NCBI GenBank assembly: GCA_000004695.1
Contig: CM000153.2
Location: forward strand, 2,112,001 to 2,176,000
From: Dictyostelium discoideum
Taxonomy: Eukaryota
Length of the DNA stretch: 64,000 nt
Direction: 5' to 3'
In this document: positions 39,890 to 55,102 of the stretch, piece after piece
Layout: the number at the start of each line of letters is the position of its first letter
Position numbering within the stretch: position 1 is the first letter of the stretch
Made by a program: the position numbers and the translations under genes
The notes under the pieces: model-generated
Database searches by the model: none
What the model was told of the DNA's origin: nothing
The model's input: the letters and a program-made list of their open reading frames with translations, nothing else

Positions 39890-40477
39890 AACTACCACCA
39901 AAAACAACACAATCGAAAACACCATAACCAAATTTAGATTTAATAAGGAACAAAAACATCACAGCCACAACAAGACAAAACAAAATGGTACAAGAGAACT
40001 AACACAAAAAGCATGGATCTATTAAAGGTATACCCTATTGATTGGTGTCTTTACCTTTAATAATAGGTAAAATAGCGAGCTCATTCAAACACATATGGAA
40101 AAATGGAAAAATCTTTGGAACTGGCAATATTTATCCATCAGCACCAAACTACCACCTCTCGGCTACCTCAATCCACATAACCTGTAATGAAGCTTGCTTA
40201 AATCTCAAAACTTCTCCAACCACATACTTTGCAAACATCTACCAAAACTCAAAAGAATATATATATACCAACTTAATGACTTTAGCATACCCAGACTTCA
40301 ATGTATTGTGCCAGGCCCAAAATCTACTTTAAGAAATTTGCAAATCTCAACTCTGTGTGGTTTCGATTCCTTTCAATTCAATACCTTGTAAAAAAAAAGA
40401 AAAAAACTATAAATAAAATCAGAACAAGTATCTCAAGGAAAAGAGACTAATAATTGCATTATCCAATTAAATTGTCG

Positions 40478-40490
<13 letters not shown>
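39890..40490. other. About 600-bp island of reduced AT content with no credible ORF on either strand: candidate non-coding RNA gene or degenerate mobile-element remnant
   Basis: Composition switches abruptly from A/T homopolymer to a mixed sequence (ccacctctcggctacctcaatccacataacctg, ccaggcccaaaatctac). It contains a pol-III B-box-like motif GTGGTTTCGATTCC at about 40356-40369, but no tRNA cloverleaf can be folded around it. The only ORFs (40042..40332 and 40194..40391) are short, overlapping and unconserved-looking. Confidence 0.35.
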
Positions 40491-40519
<29 letters not shown>

Positions 40520-40620
40520 GAAAGTGATATTATTTATTTTATATATCAAAAAGAAAATAAAAATAAAATTTTTTTTGGAAAATTAAATTGATTGAAAAAA
40601 AATTTTAAATCTGACCAGGT

Positions 40621-40658
<38 letters not shown>

Positions 40659-40695
40659 TATTTTATTTTTAAATCTTTATTTAATTATTATTTTT

Positions 40696-43778
<3,083 letters not shown>

Positions 43779-43884
43779 TTTTATATTTATAATTTTCTGA
43801 AAAAATTAAAGAAAAAAAAAAAAAAAAAATTCTGACTCGTTTTTTTATTTTTTTTTTAATTTTTTTATGAAAAATTTACTCGTT

Positions 43885-43919
<35 letters not shown>

Positions 43920-44251
43920 TTTTTTTTTTTTTTTTTTATTTTTTTTTTTGTTCTTGAATTTGGATCCTTATTACTATCATTATTATTGTTATTATTTTAA
44001 TTTTTTTTTTTTTTTCATTATTTTTTTTTAATTTTTTAATTTTTTTTTTTTTTATTTTGAAATATCTGAAGTTGGATAATAATAATTTTGATGATTCCCC
44101 TAGTTTTTAATTTTTTAATAAATTTTTTGGGTCTCTAGTAATTTTTTAAGTTTTAAAAAAAAAAAATTGAAATCAAAATGTTTTGATTGGTTAATGATTC
44201 AGGATTTTTTAGAAAATAATCACGAAGAATTTTTATTTTATTCCAAAGGGT

Positions 44252-44283
<32 letters not shown>

Positions 44284-45054
44284 TCTTATCATTTGACAAA
44301 AATCTAATTTGTTTTTTTTTTTTAATTTTTTTTTTTTTTTTTTTTTTCATTTTTTTGTTAAAATCCAAAATTTTTCGCAGAAATATTTAATAATAATCCT
44401 GGGTGTATAGTTTTAAGACAAATTAAATTAGAATCAAACATTTAATTATATATTTTCTATTTGATTCAAAGTTATTTCCATTTGTATGTGGAAAACTTTT
44501 CGTTTGCCAAATTTTACTTTTTGGATCAACTAATTAGTTTCACCGAAAAGAAAAAAAAATTCATTCCAAAAAAAATTAAAAAAAAATAAAATAAAATAAA
44601 AAAATAAAAATAAAAAAAAAACCCCTTTTGAATAAAAAAAAAATATTTTTGACTCTATTTTTGGTTTGAAAGATTCGACAAAATGCTATAAAAAAAAAAA
44701 AAAATTAAAAAAAAAAAATTTAAAAAAATTTGACTTTTTTTTTTTTAAGCGCTATAAAAAAATATCTCGCTTTCAAATAATTATTCTTATTTAAATTTTT
44801 TTTTTCTATTTTTTTGGGTTGAAGTTATAATAATCCTGACATCATTTTTTGAAAGTGTGTATAACCAAAAAACCTACAGCCCTTCAGTTTTTTTAGTTTT
44901 TTTCTAAATTTTTTTTTTTTTCACCAAAAAATTTTTTTTTTTTATTATTTTTTTTTTTTTTTTTTTTTTTAAAATTTTCAGTTAGTTTTTTTTTTTTTTT
45001 ATTAAATTTTTTTTTTTTTTTTTTTTTTTAGATTTATTAATAAAAAGGTAAGCG

Positions 45055-45085
<31 letters not shown>

Positions 45086-45108
45086 CAAAAATAAAAACAT
45101 CAGTTTTT

Positions 45109-45154
<46 letters not shown>

Positions 45155-45326
45155 CATCTTCTTCAACAAATATCAAACTATTTATATTTCTAAAGTATTA
45201 TTAGTTTTTTTTTTTTTTTTCTTTTTTTTTATTTTTTTTTTTTTCATAATTTGTTTTAAAAAAGATAAAAAAAGAAATAATAATAATAATAAGAATAAAT
45301 AAATATAAAATAAAAAATATATATAT

Positions 45327-45386
<60 letters not shown>

Positions 45387-46023
45387 AAAAAAGAAATAAA
45401 ATCTGTACTCTCGACTTGCAACAATACCATCATGGTGATTCGGTTTTTTTTTTATTAATTTTTTTTTCTTGTTAACCAAGAACAAAAAAAAAAAAAAAAA
45501 AAATTAATGGGCATTCTTAGGAAAAAAATGGGCATTCTTAAAAACAAAAGAACAATTGCTTTTTTTTTTAAATTCACCAACCACAGCGCTTTGGAAATCA
45601 AATTGGCTTTATTTTTAAAAATTATCTTTAAAATTTTTTTTCTTCTATTTTTTTTATTTTATAATAATAAGAATAATCAATCAGTCCATTTTTTTTTTTT
45701 TTTTTTTTTTTCTTTCTTTTTTTTCTTATATTTTATTTATATTTTATTTATTTATTTATAATAATCACAAAATAACCCAAATAGAGATTTTATATTAAAA
45801 TATAGTATCATACAATTGTATAATTATAATAAAACCAAATATTTTAATATTTCGCGATACACTTTTTAATATTTATTTGAAATACATGTCAGTTTTATCT
45901 TTTTTTTTTAAAAATCACCACACACTTTCATTTTGTAAAATTAAAACAATAATATTATTAATAATAATAATAATAATAATAAACCACACCACATTAAATA
46001 ATATAATATCTGATTCACCCACA

Positions 46024-46060
<37 letters not shown>

Positions 46061-46150
46061 CCAACGCAAACCCATGGGGGGATATGAAGTTTTTTTTTTT
46101 TTTTTTTTATTTTATTTCTTATAATTTTTTTATTTAATTATTATTATTAT

Positions 46151-46187
<37 letters not shown>

Positions 46188-47160
46188 CATCTTTAACATA
46201 TTTATTATTTCCAAATTTATTTATTCAAAATTTATTTTAAATGTAATTTATAAGCCAATCTAATTAATATAAATCATAATTGTTTTACCCTTATATTAAA
46301 AAAAAAAGCAAAGGAGAGATTTTTTTTTTTTATTTTTTTTTTTTTTTTAATAATTAATTTTATTTTCTAAAATTTTTTTTTTTTTTTTTTTTTTATTTTT
46401 TTTGACACTTTTAGTGCACCCCATTTATCCTTTAACGATAATTGTATGTATTTGTATTGTTTTTCATCACAGTCCTTTTTTATTTTTAAAAAAAAAAATA
46501 TAAAAAAAAAAAAGGTTAAAAAAAAAAAAAAAATATCAAATCACACTTAACAACATATAAATATAATTTATTTCCTGTTTGAACTTGTAGTTTATTATTA
46601 TAATTTGGGGTTATGTGAATAATATACAAAATTATATATTTTCAAATTTTTTTTTTTTCTATTTTTTTTTTTTTTTTTTTTTTTTTTTTCTGTTTTTTAT
46701 TTTTTTTTATTTTTGGTGTGTACAATTACTATTTTTTTTAAATAACTTTTTTTTTCTTATATTTTTTTATTTTTTTATTTATTTTTTTTTTCAACATTTC
46801 CTTAATTGAAATCGTAAAATTAATACTAACCTTGTTTCTTTCTTTTTTTTCTTTATTTTTTTTTAGAAATTATTTTATAGTTTTTATAACTAAAAAAAAC
46901 GATAATCGGCATTTAAAGAAAAAAAAAAAAAAAAAAAAACTATATGAATTCTAAAATCAAATAACACTAAAAAAATAAGTTTCAATCTATTTATTCAAAG
47001 TTCAAAATTCAAACTAATAACTATCGGTTTGAAATCATAAAAAAAATCCAATAATAATAATATTAAAAATAATAAAAATAATAAATAACAATAAAAATAA
47101 AAGATAAATAATATATAATCAAATAATATCTCTTATTAAAAAAACAAAACGAAACAAAAA

Positions 47161-47956
47161 ATGTCATTCACAACAAATAAAAAACTAAAAACAATAATGT
47201 TTGGATTTAAAACAACAAAAAATAAAAAAAGAGTTAGATTATTAGTGGTAGCTATTGGGGTAATGATATTTTTTATGTGCTTATCAAATTTTTCGTCTAT
47301 TCAATCAAGACAATCCTCATCAACTGATACACCACTTCAACAAAATGGTAAACACCAAGTCATAAGAGTTTTGGAAACTCAACCAAGTATAAATATAAAT
47401 AATAGTGAAAATAATATAAATAATGAAAATATAAATAATAATCAAAATAATAATCCAAATAATAATATGGACAATAATAATAAAAATAATAATAAAAATA
47501 ATAATATAGATAATAATAACAATAAAAATAATAATAATAATGATAATATTGATAATAATATAAATAATAATAATAATAATAATAACAATAATAATAATAT
47601 AAATAACAATAATAATATAAATAATAATAATAATATAGATAATACAGATAATAATATAAATAATAATATAAATAATAATAATATAAATATTAATAATAAT
47701 AATAAACCTAGTTATAAAAAACCAGAAAAGAAACCACCATTATCATCTAGTCAAATTTTTTTTAATTCTTTACCACCACATATTCAAAAACAAGTAGTTA
47801 TTAGAGAGAAATCGAATTATGCACAAGCATTACAATACGATTCATATGGTATCGTACCAGCAAAGGATTTTTTCGATGGCTTAGATGCTGTTTTCGAAAC
47901 AAAACCTAATTATAAAATTTCAACAGTTAGAAAATTATTTAATATCGAAAATTTAA

Positions 47957-48024
<68 letters not shown>

Positions 48025-49333
48025 TATGATATAAATAATTATAATAATATAAATATAAAAGAAGATGATAAATTTGAAAATAAAAATTACCAAAATGGTG
48101 ACAAAAATATAATGTACAGCGATTATAAAGGAATAGATTATGGTAATAATAATAATATAGAAGAAATAGAAAGAATTAAGGAAGAATTAAAGATTGAATT
48201 AGAAAAAGAGAATGTGAATGATATATTTAAATATAGAGTAACCATTGTAACACAGACTACAGTTGATAGATTATATAAAGTGGCAGCAATGGCAGAGAGA
48301 TGGAGATCACCTATTTCAGTTTCACTTTTTATAAAATCTCAAGGTGATATAGATAAATTGGAAAAAGCAATCAGTGCCAATAAGATATTGGCTACATTTG
48401 CTGATTTCCATTTATTCTACCATAACAATACTCGTTATCCAGTTAATAATTTACGTAATCTTGCAATTAGAAATGCATTGACCGAACATGTATTACTCTT
48501 GGATGTTGATTTCATTCCACCCTCTCATTTACATGACCACATTGCTCACTATATCAATTTAAATTATTTAAATCAAGATGACTCTTTAAATGCTTTTGTC
48601 ATTCCATCATTCTCTTCAAATTTACAACCAAAAGATATTCCAGATTCAAAATTTGAATTTATTGAAATGTTAACAAAAAATAAAATTGAACCATCAAGTA
48701 AGTAGTATTAATATACAAAAATAAATTAAAAAACAACAACAACAACAACAACAACCACCACCAACAATATATAATTTTTATAAATTTATTAACATATTTA
48801 TAAATTATTTATTTGATTTTATTTAGATTTAAAAGTATGTCCAAAATGTCATTCTCCAACAGATTATACAAGATGGATGACATCAACTGAACCATATGCA
48901 ATTGAATATCATTGGATTTATGAACCATTTTTAGTTTATAATAGATCTCAAACATTACCATTTGATGAGCGTTTCAAAGGTTATGGTTTTGATAAGAATT
49001 CTCAAATTTTTGGAATGGCTGCCCAAGGTTTTGTAAGTAAAAAAAATATATCTAATTAAAATAATTGTTAATATTTTATTAATTTTTATTTTTATTTTTA
49101 TTTTTATTATTTTATAGACATTTAGTGTATTACCTGAAGCATATATCGTTCATATTAATCATCCAACATCTCGTTGGGACGGTCCAAGTTTAGATGATCA
49201 ACAATGGGATTCACTTAGAGTTGTTTGTGATTTACTTCCAGAAATTCGTAAAAGATATGCAAAAGGTTACAAAGTTGATAGATTATTTGACGAACCAACC
49301 ACTGAAAATTGTTATTCAAATGACCACTGGTAA
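47161..49333 (+). CDS. GT49-family glycosyltransferase (LARGE / B4GAT1-like), type II membrane protein, 3 exons, about 656 aa
   Basis: Exon 1 is 47161-48697 (ORF 47161..48705: N-terminal TM RVRLLVVAIGVMIFFMCLSNF, a poly-N stem, then the catalytic region KYRVTIVTQTTVDRLYKVAAMAERWRSPISVSLFI...YPVNNLRNLAIRNALTEHVLLLDVDFIPPSHL with a DxD motif, then A|gtaagt). Exon 2 is 48827-49032 (acceptor atttag, +-6 nt; NLKVCPKCHSPTDYTRWMTSTEPYAIEYHWIYEPFLVYNRSQTLPFDERFKGYGFDKNSQIFGMAAQGF then gtaagt). Exon 3 is 49118-49333 (acceptor tttatag; TFSVLPEAYIVHINHPTSRWDGPSLDDQQWDSLRVVCDLLPE...NDHW stop). The blocks PWEPF.V...LP.FDERF.GYG.NK and LP.A.(I/V)(V/I)H match the B4GAT1 and LARGE C-terminal xylosyl/glucuronyl-transferase domains. 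Confidence 0.8.
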
Positions 49334-50374
49334 AAGCGCTTACAGTTTTTCTTCTTCTCTTCTTCTTCTTCTTTATTTATTTATTTATGAGGAATGGTAA
49401 ATTTAATGCTCAATCATTTTCCAGATAATAAAATTACAGACTCTCAAAAAAATACTTTATCCCAAAAAAAAAAAAAAAAAGAAAAAAAAAAAAAAAAAAA
49501 AAAAGAAAAAAAAAATAACAAAACAAAACAAAACGAAAAACATTCTCAAAAATTTTTTAGAATTAATAAAAGTTATCTTAAATTAATTAAAATTAAATCT
49601 ATCCTTTTTTTTTTTTATTTTTAAATTTATTTTTTTTATTATTTTTTTTTTTTTTTTTTCCAATTCACTAAAAATTAAAAATAGATTTTTCTTTTGATAT
49701 TTCAAAAATAAAAAATTTGATTCTCAAAACAATCATTTTTGGTGAGTCAATTATGTGATTTGAAGTTTTATTGCTGTTTATATAAAAAAAAAAAAAAAAG
49801 AAAAAAAGAAAAAAAAAAAAGAATAAATGATGACGTTCTAAAAATCTTCTTGCCGAAGTCATCCAGTGGAAATGAATCGGTACTTATGGCAAATTAATAG
49901 AATTGAATATGAAAAAGATTCTTTTTTAAACATTTTCCTTTTTTTAAAAACAATTTTTTTTGATTTTTTTTTGATTTTTTTTGATTTTTTTTTTTTTTTA
50001 AATTTTTTTAATTTTTTTTTTTTAACGAATTGTAAAAAAAAAATAAAAAACAACACATAAACTGTTAATAATTATTTTTTTATTTTTATAATAATTTTTT
50101 ATAATATCATTTATAATTATTACATAAATAAAACTAAACACATGTAAATATTAAAATTTTAATTTTTTTTATCTTTTTTAATATTTTTTTTATTTTTTTT
50201 TTATATTTTTTTATTTTTTTATTTTTTTTATTTTATACATTTGTTTTGATCAATTTTTTTTTTTTTTTTTTATTATTTTCTTCATTAATTGGTGAAAAAG
50301 GGTATATTCATAATAAAAAAAAAAGAAATAAAATATAGTTTCCTAGAATGTAATTTATTTCCCCTTTCGATTTG

Positions 50375-50418
<44 letters not shown>

Positions 50419-50831
50419 CACACATTTTCAAATTTCACAGACAATTTTAGATTTTTTTTTTTTTTTTTTTAAATTTTTTAAATTATTTTTAGCAAAAAAT
50501 AATTAAAAATCCAACACAAAAAAAAAAAAAAAAAATAATATTTTTGTAATACCCCACACCATTTCCTTACATAGATATAAAATTTTTTAAAAAAATTAAT
50601 TTCGATCTTTCAATCTTAAAGATTACCGATGTATTTATATGTACTATCACTATTTTTTATTTTTAATTTTTGTATTATAGAAAAGTGGATTTTTTTTTTT
50701 TTTTTATATGCAGCAGTCAACCATCTAAAATAAAAAAAAATAAAAATAAAAATAAATAATTAAATAAAAAAATGAATTATTATAATAATTTTTTTAAAAA
50801 AAAAGATAATTTACATTTGTTCTATTTTGAC

Positions 50832-50864
<33 letters not shown>

Positions 50865-51229
50865 ATAAAATAAAATAAAATAAATTTTTTTTTTTTTTTT
50901 TCTTAAATATTATCTTCTTATTCGCCATAATACCTCATTAATTGAGACCTACTTTTCAAAGACATAAAATTATTTCTATTATTTTTTGTTTTTTTTTTTT
51001 TTTTTAAACAAAACATAAAAAAAAAAAAAAAAAAAAATAAATTATTACCAAATTTTGCACACACAAAAAAAAAAAAAAAATAAAAAACAAAAAAAAATAA
51101 AAAAAAATAAAAAATAAATATATATAATATGCAAAGTTATATATAGCACATTGACCATTCCCTCAGGTTGTAAATTTATTTTTATTTTCAAAATTAATTT
51201 TTTTTTTTATACACACACTAAAGAAATCA

Positions 51230-51320
51230 AACCCACTTAAATCACATACACAAAACAAACCAATCCCACTTGAATCAATTACACTAAACAAATCAATCCC
51301 ACTTCACAAAAAATTAAATT
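51230..51320. promoter_or_regulatory. Three tandem CA-rich motif copies (AAWCAAWCCCACTT) about 0.5 kb upstream of the permease coding region
   Basis: aaatcaaacccacttaaatca ... aaaccaatcccacttgaatca ... aaatcaatcccacttcacaaaa. The three copies are spaced about 30 bp apart inside otherwise AT-pure DNA. Confidence 0.4.
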
Positions 51321-51328
51321 ATTTCTTC

Positions 51329-51366
<38 letters not shown>

Positions 51367-51727
51367 ATACCTTATAAATAATAAATTTTTTTTTTTTTAT
51401 TTGTTATTAATTCCAACAATACTATTAATAATTTAATAAAAATAAACAATCAATCAACAATTGGATATTACAAATAATAATAATAATAATAAAAAAATAA
51501 AAATAAATAATTAAACACACAAAAAAAAAAAAAAAAAAAAATAATAATATTTTATATTCACAATTTTTTATATATATTTTTTTTTACCCATTTTACATTC
51601 TATTTAATTTTATTTAAATATTTCCAAATCCACTTCTTTTATTATTATTTTTTATTTTTTTAATTTTTCTTTTCAAATTTAATTATTTAATTAATCATTT
51701 TTATTCTCGGTTTCTACAATTGTTTAG

Positions 51728-54028
51728 AAACGAATTAAAGAGAATAAAAAACATAACATAGCGTCTAATACAAATAATACTCTTTTAACTAGTAGTAGTA
51801 GTAGTAGTGATAGTGATTCTGACCACGCCGATGAAGACAAATTAGAAGAACAGGATATTGATAATAATAATAATAATAATAATAACAATAATAATATAGA
51901 AGAAAATAAACCACCAGATTTAAATCAAAGTAGTAATAGTGATAGTGATAGTGAAGAATTAGAAACAACATTACAACCACCAACACCACCGCCACCTTAT
52001 TCAGAAGTTGAAAATAATATAGAACCACCACCATTACAAATTAGTTCAAGTGAAACTGACTCGCCAACACATTCATTAGATAGTAGTGACAATAATAGTA
52101 TTGTTGGTTCTGATATAAATAATAAAAGTGATAAAGAAGAAAAATCACCAACTCTTGCTAATAATAATAATAATAATAATAATATAGATAATAATAATAA
52201 AGATAATAGTCAAGATAATAATAAAGATAATAATAATCAAGTTAGTAAACCAATAACAGAGATTGAAATGAGTAGTTTTAGATCAAATCAAAGTGTTAGT
52301 CTTTTACATGATAGACAAAATAAAACATGGCTTTCAACAATTAAGAATCAATTGATACCAACATCAGGTGATGTTAATGCAGTATTTTCAGTGGTATTGG
52401 ATAATTTGGCAAATATAGCATCATTGGTTGGTATTTTACAAGGTGCCTATGGAATGCCAATTGATCTTGTAACAAAGTATTTTATAGCGGGTCCGGCATT
52501 GGCTGTTATGATTGGTAGTATAGCATTGTCGTGTTATGCCATCTATTTGGATTATCATGAAAAGGATCCATCTGTACATTATACTGCAATTCCAGTGGGT
52601 TTAGACGCACCATCAACTATTGGGTTACCTTTGTTAGTGATTGGTCCGGCTTATGCATTGGCAATAAAGAATGGTAGTTCCATACCGGATGCTACAAATA
52701 GTGCTTGGTTAGTTGGTTGCACAACCGTGTTTTTAATTGGCGCATTCAAGGTGTTACTAACGTTGATGAGTTTTGCACAGAAGCAATTCCATCCAGTGGG
52801 CAAAGCCGGCGCATTGGCAGGCATAGGTTTGGCATTGTTAGGCATGAATGAATTGTTAACCGTCGTTGAAGAGCCTGTAGTTGGTTGGGTGTCACTTTGG
52901 ATACTTTTGTTGATACTAATTCACAGACAGAATAAACATGGTGAAACGGTTGGAATTTCATTGCCATTCAATTTGTCGGGTGTTTTACTCTCTGCTTTGG
53001 TGGGTTCCGCAATCTATTATTTCATGGCAGGTGTACATATTTCCGTGGACCCAATGCCAAGTGGTGTCACTGATAACTACGAATTGACCTATCCACATCC
53101 ATCAAATATTTTCAAATCGTTCGCTGATGCAATTAAACAAAATATCTCCATTGCTATACCATATGCCATCCTTGTGAATATCGGGTCATTGACAATCACT
53201 GATAGTGCAAATAATGTCGGTAATGCATACAATACACGTTGGGTATTATTGATTGATTCATTTTCAACAATCATTGGTAGTTTCTTTGGAAGTACAGTTC
53301 AAACCACACCATACATTGGTCATACAGTTTTCCATACTAATTTTAAAGCACGTTCTGGTTATTCCTTAATTAGTGGTTTAATCATTGGTTTGGGTGGTTT
53401 CTTTGGTTATCTTGGTTTCCTCACTAAAATCTTACCAAAGCCAGCAATCATACCAATTTTCATTTTCATTGCATTTGAAATTTGTTCAGACACTTTCCAC
53501 AATACTAAAGGTATTAAACCACATCATTGCGCTGCTGTGGTTTGGAGTTTCTTCCCATCGTTATTCCAATTTTGTAATATTTACATTAGTCAAATCTCAC
53601 CAGTTTTATCAAATTGTATCACTGATCCAAATTCAGTGGCTACTACATTAGGTTTACAACCATCTTTAATTCAATCACTTGGTAATATAATGATAATGGC
53701 TCATGGTTTCATTTGTACTTCTTTGTTTTGGGGTACTTCTTTAGCTTATATTTTGGATAATCGTTTGAAGAAAGCTTCAATATTTTTAGCAATAACTGGT
53801 GTCTTAACTTTCTTTGGTGTCATTCATTCTGTCAATCCAAATGGTGAGGTTTATTTACCTTGGAATTGTGGTTCAACAATTCCTTATCAATGGACTGCTG
53901 CTTACTTTTTAATTGCTGCTATCACTTTTGCTTTCTCTTTCATTAAAGCAAAACCATTTCATTCAACTTTAACTGATGAAATTGGTGCAATTCAAGCTAA
54001 TGATAATTTTTATTCAAAATCATTTTAA
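51728..54028 (+). CDS. AzgA / NCS2-like nucleobase (purine) permease; main exon 52268..54028, with an in-frame coding-like 5' extension from 51728 that lacks an ATG (upstream exon not located)
   Basis: ORF 52268..54028 (586 aa) has at least 10 predicted TM helices. The block FGSTVQTTPYIGHTVFHTNFKARSGYSLISGLIIGLGGFFGYLGF resembles the AzgA/NCS2 signature G(T)STVTTYIES.AG...GGRTG. The 540 nt upstream are open in the same frame (stop at 51725-51727 and no ATG until 52268), are GC-enriched and read ...SSSSDSDSDHADEDKLEEQDID...TPPPPYSEVENNIEPPPLQISSSE.... This suggests an N-terminal cytosolic extension joined to an unidentified 5' exon. Confidence 0.6.
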   Translation, partial: KRIKENKKHNIASNTNNTLLTSSSSSSDSDSDHADEDKLEEQDIDNNNNNNNNNNNIEENKPPDLNQSSNSDSDSEELETTLQPPTPPPPYSEVENNIEPPPLQISSSETDSPTHSLDSSDNNSIVGSDINNKSDKEEKSPTLANNNNNNNNIDNNNKDNSQDNNKDNNNQVSKPITEIEMSSFRSNQSVSLLHDRQNKTWLSTIKNQLIPTSGDVNAVFSVVLDNLANIASLVGILQGAYGMPIDLVTKYFIAGPALAVMIGSIALSCYAIYLDYHEKDPSVHYTAIPVGLDAPSTIGLPLLVIGPAYALAIKNGSSIPDATNSAWLVGCTTVFLIGAFKVLLTLMSFAQKQFHPVGKAGALAGIGLALLGMNELLTVVEEPVVGWVSLWILLLILIHRQNKHGETVGISLPFNLSGVLLSALVGSAIYYFMAGVHISVDPMPSGVTDNYELTYPHPSNIFKSFADAIKQNISIAIPYAILVNIGSLTITDSANNVGNAYNTRWVLLIDSFSTIIGSFFGSTVQTTPYIGHTVFHTNFKARSGYSLISGLIIGLGGFFGYLGFLTKILPKPAIIPIFIFIAFEICSDTFHNTKGIKPHHCAAVVWSFFPSLFQFCNIYISQISPVLSNCITDPNSVATTLGLQPSLIQSLGNIMIMAHGFICTSLFWGTSLAYILDNRLKKASIFLAITGVLTFFGVIHSVNPNGEVYLPWNCGSTIPYQWTAAYFLIAAITFAFSFIKAKPFHSTLTDEIGAIQANDNFYSKSF

Positions 54029-55049
54029 AATTAAATTAAAAAAAAAATATAGATATAAAATAAAATAAAATAAAATAAAAAAAAAAATAAAAAAAAAAAT
54101 AAAAAAAATTTAAAATTATAATAATAATAATAATATAAATTTAATTCAATGTTTAAATTATTTTATTTGTTTATTAAATTTTTTTTTTTTTTTTTTTTTT
54201 TTTAAAAATACTCATGTTTTCATTTCAACAATAAAATTATTATAAAATTATAATAATAATAATAAAATAAATTTAATTTAATAATTTTATTTTTTTTTAT
54301 TTTTTAATAATTTTTTTTTTTTTTTGTTTCAAATTGAATAATTTATTAAAAAATAAAAAAAAATTATTAAACAAAAATAAATGGGTCACACAACATTAGA
54401 TATATGTTATTTTTTTTTTTTTTATTATTATTATTTATTTTTTTTTTTTTTAATTAAAAATAGAAATATGGGTTTTTTTTTTTTTTTTTAATTTTTTAAC
54501 CCAATTTTTTACATAAAAAATAATTTTTTTAATTTTTTTTTTAATAAATTTTTTTTTATAGTGGTTGTGGTTTTATTTAAAATGAAAATTCGATTTGTGT
54601 TATATTGGTATAAAAAACTTTAAAATATTTTAATAAAACTATGAAAATTCTCTCAAAATTTGGAAGGATACTTGCATATTGAATAATTTTTTTTTAAAAT
54701 TAAAAAAAAAATAAAAAAATCATTTTTTTTTTTTTTAATTTAAGTTCTCATATTGAAAATACATAAATAGACATTTATTTTTTTTTTTTTCATTTTTTTT
54801 TTTTTTTTTCCTTCCTTTTATTTTTTTTATTTTTTTATTTTCACCCTTTTATTTCCTTTTTTCTAAAAATCTGGAATATTTGGATCTCTATAAATTCCAT
54901 ATTTTTTTTTTTTTTTTTTTCTTTTCTATTCAACATAAAAAAAAAAATAAAGAAATAAAAGTAATAATACAAATAATAAATAAACTATTTTAATTTTTTA
55001 ATATTTTTTTTTTTCAATAACAAAAAAAAAAAAAACCATTTTGATATCA

Positions 55050-55099
<50 letters not shown>

Positions 55100-55102
<3 letters not shown>

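Noticed and set aside
40356-40369. Possible tRNA gene suggested by GGTTTCGATTCC
   Set aside because: No acceptor/T-stem complementarity can be drawn around it, and no A box at the right spacing. It is kept only as a B-box-like motif inside the unexplained island.
49194-49400. Plus ORF 49194..49400 (MINNGIHLELF...)
   Set aside because: Wrong frame. The homology-supported frame of the GT49 third exon (TFSVLPEAYIVHINHPTSRWDGPSLDD...NDHW) runs 49118..49333.
52651-53274. Minus-strand ORFs inside the permease gene
   Set aside because: They are antisense to a long, TM-rich, well-supported plus-strand ORF.
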